A DNA stretch of 63,935 bases, filler included, from Hausera hauseri (lineage: Eukaryota), in NCBI GenBank assembly GCA_046269625.1. It is 11 parts of 11 records of this genome, joined end to end, with 100 filler letters (N's around TTAATTAATTAA, not from the genome) between each part and the next. Parts side by side here need not be neighbours in the genome. Positions count along the whole stretch, not along the records: positions 59,720 to 63,935 come from JBJURY010695549.1; 10 more parts are not named here. One strand, written 5' to 3'. Below are positions 61,340 to 63,935 of this stretch, piece by piece. Within the stretch, counting starts at the first letter, position 1. Each line of letters begins with the position of its first letter. The translations under genes and the position numbers were made by a program. Below the pieces are notes generated by a model. That model was not told where the DNA came from. It worked only from the letters and a program-made list of their open reading frames with translations, and ran no database searches.

Positions 61340-63883
61340 TTCTGCGTCGTCGAACATGAGTCAATATTTTAATCATGTATGGTGGTAAAGTTGTAGTGAT
61401 AGTTGTATAGGGACATATATGTTATTGTCTTCTATTAGTTAACATCATCATTGCTTGTTAGTGCTCATCGTTTTAGCTACAAATCAGCATCATCATCGTG
61501 TGTCTTTGGTGGACTTGTAGTGTTGTAGTGATAGTTGAATAGGAGAAATGTAGTGTTGCGAACATGTTTCTTGGTAAAGTTATAGTGATAGGGAAATGTG
61601 GTGTTGGGAAATGTCGCTTGTTCTGTTAGTAATCATCATCATCAGGTGTCTTTGGTCGGAAACTTAGAACGTTCGATGGGTTTGGGTAATGTTGTTGGTT
61701 GCTTTTTGTTTTCATGTATCTTGGTAAAATTGGACTTGTAGTTGTATTGGGGACATATCGATTGTTCCGTTAGCCAACACTATCGTGTGTTGCGGTAAAG
61801 TTGTAGTGACAGGGAAAATAAGGGTTAGGGACATGTTTCTTGGTATAGTTATAGTTGTTTGTTTTGTGGTTCGTGTATTTTGGTAAAGTTTTAATGACAT
61901 TTGTATAAAAATGTTTTATTAGTTATCATCATCGTGTGACGTTGGTTGGAACAACGCTCGTGTCGACAACGAAGATGTCGGCTGTAACAACGTTTGTAGT
62001 GACTTTGTGGTCGTAAACAAACGGGTGTCGTTGTCGTGTAAGGTAGATTTGTGTCCGTTAAGAAACGGGCATGTTGCCCGTATAGTGCGAGCGGGTTGCT
62101 CTTTAACAACGGGCGTGTCGCCCGTACAGTGCGAGCGGCTTGCCCTTTAACAACGGGCATGTTGCCCGTATGGTGCGAACGACTTGTCGGTATAGTAGAA
62201 ACTGTATGTCTTTAACAACGGCCTGTATGCCCGTGTTATACCAACGACGTTTCCGTATAGTACGAACGACGTGTCCGTATAGTACGAACGACGTGTCCTT
62301 ATAGTACGAACGACGTGCCCTTATTGTGGAAACTTTATCCCGTTAAGAAACAGTGTGTTCGTGTAAGGCAGACTTATCATGCTAAAAATCTTTTCCTCTT
62401 GGTCACGAGACAAACAGGTCAAATGTTTGTTTTGTACAAGCCTCGGGCGGCCTTGTCGTTAACGATTGGTCTTTGTCGTGCGTCTTTTCGTCGTGGTTGC
62501 TGATACGGGTCACAAGACAAACTTCGTGTTTGTATAGTGCCGACAAGAAATGTCGCTATGTTTACGGAAAGCCCTTGTCGGGTCTCGATGTGATAATTCA
62601 TTGGTGTATTGCTTATCGACATCGATGGGTCTTAGGGTCGAGCGAAAAAAACGCGTGTTACAAAACAAAAATATCTGGTCCGTATCAAACCAGTTAGTTT
62701 GAAAGGTCGGTTGGTTAGACGAATGTTAAAAGGTGTGTTGTGCTTGAGTGAACAAGAGTCTTTACCCCTTTGTACGCGGCCTAAAACAGGAATGTTGGTT
62801 AGACCTCTGGCCAGACACGGTCACTTGACCATGCAGTTATGTTTCGTTTGAGCGATTCGCCGGACAAAGGAAGGGTTTGTACGCAGACGAACACTGGAAT
62901 GTTGGTTAAACGATTTATTCACATTGGTCGGGCAGGTGTGTTTTGCTTGAGCGATTCGTGGGACAATGGACGGCTTTGTACGTGGACGAACATGTTCCAG
63001 TGTTGCTGGATAAGTTTGGTTAAGAATAATATTTTTATGTTTTGTTCGTCTAATGGGCAATCCGATAAAAATGTGAAAATGTTGGTAGATTTTTGCATGT
63101 CCCTAAACAAGAAGAAGACGACAAACCACCGCCATCACCCTTGAGAAACACGCCCTTAACATAAAATACCCCACTTACATGTCCCTAAACACAAAGAACA
63201 CGACCTACACCACCCCCAAACCCCTTTGAGAACCGCGACATTAACAGAAAATATGACCCTTCCTTGACCCACTATCCGTACACGACACCTGACGATACCT
63301 AACACACTACTGATACAAACACACGGTACCACCACAGCCACATTCACCCCTTACTGCACGTAACTAAACAAATTACGTCATCAAGATGCCGACGTCATCA
63401 AAAATGGTATATACAGCATCTACTACTACAAAGACATAACACGTCCCAATAACCCATCACCCACTACTCCACATAATGCATCTCACGTCTAACTACACAT
63501 GTCACCAAAAAGAATGTTGATAATAATTAAGAAGAACACACCTAAAAATATTTGCCCCATAAAACGTATCATTACATAAAACATACCAGACCCCTAACTA
63601 CACATTAAAAAATGATGATAATTAAGAAATATAAAGAATAATACTACGCCTAAAAATATTTGTCCTACATGGCCCCTTTACCTATAGAACACCTGCCCAT
63701 AAGACTATCTTGACCTAATTTCCTGGTACCAACCACGCGCCAGACGTCACATGACCCCCGCCCGCTCATCTAGCCCGGGTCACCCGGGTGCACCCCTTGC
63801 GCCCTAGGTTTTCCTTATATCCGCTATATTAGCACCCGCTGGTCGTCCGGTAATGATAATCGTTTTGCGTGTACTATACTACT
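61340..63883 (-). mobile_element. Second Polinton/Maverick-like terminus with tandem repeats
   Basis: Ends GTACTATACTACT (reverse complement AGTAGTATAGTAC); shares the ~80-bp repeat at 63121-63270 with contigs 8 and 9; 44-bp and 22-bp arrays at 62060-62320; inner boundary approximate. Confidence 0.62.
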
Positions 63884-63935
63884 AGCTGAGTCCATTCTTT
63901 TCACTTTCAGTTATTACCGTGTTGCATCTCGTAAA

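Overview
This window is not one locus. It is 11 unrelated eukaryotic contigs joined by artificial 100-bp linkers (44 N + TTAATTAATTAA + 44 N). (1) 1-14087: near-complete isopod-type crustacean mitochondrial genome (13 CDS, 2 rRNAs, about 18 recognisable tRNAs, invertebrate mitochondrial code). (2) 14188-21728: permuted fish-type class I endogenous retrovirus (IN-env-LTR-PBS(Gln)-gag-pro) with a likely 2H-phosphoesterase domain after the protease. (3) 21829-26136: decayed intronless CCT8 and THOC5 copies beside a Ty3/gypsy integrase. (4) 26237-30235: degraded Ty3/gypsy pol. (5) 30336-35117: 4.4-kb degenerate (TTCG)n satellite abutting Polinton/adintovirus penton and core-protein genes. (6) 35218-39327: gag remnant, LTR and non-autonomous hAT element. 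(7) 39428-45242: complete, terminally redundant one-LTR BEL/Pao unit with one intact polyprotein ORF. (8, 9, 11): AGTAGT-terminated Polinton-like ends built of nested tandem repeats, including a 4-kb imperfect foldback. (10) 54295-59619: internally deleted gypsy-like element carrying, instead of a recognisable fusogenic env, a type-I membrane protein with fibronectin-III-like domains plus a catalytically dead REX4/ISG20-like DEDDh nuclease ORF with an NLS. Contig 10 is the most novel-looking system here. All homology calls are by-eye motif recognition; no searches were run, and tRNA/rRNA boundaries are approximate.
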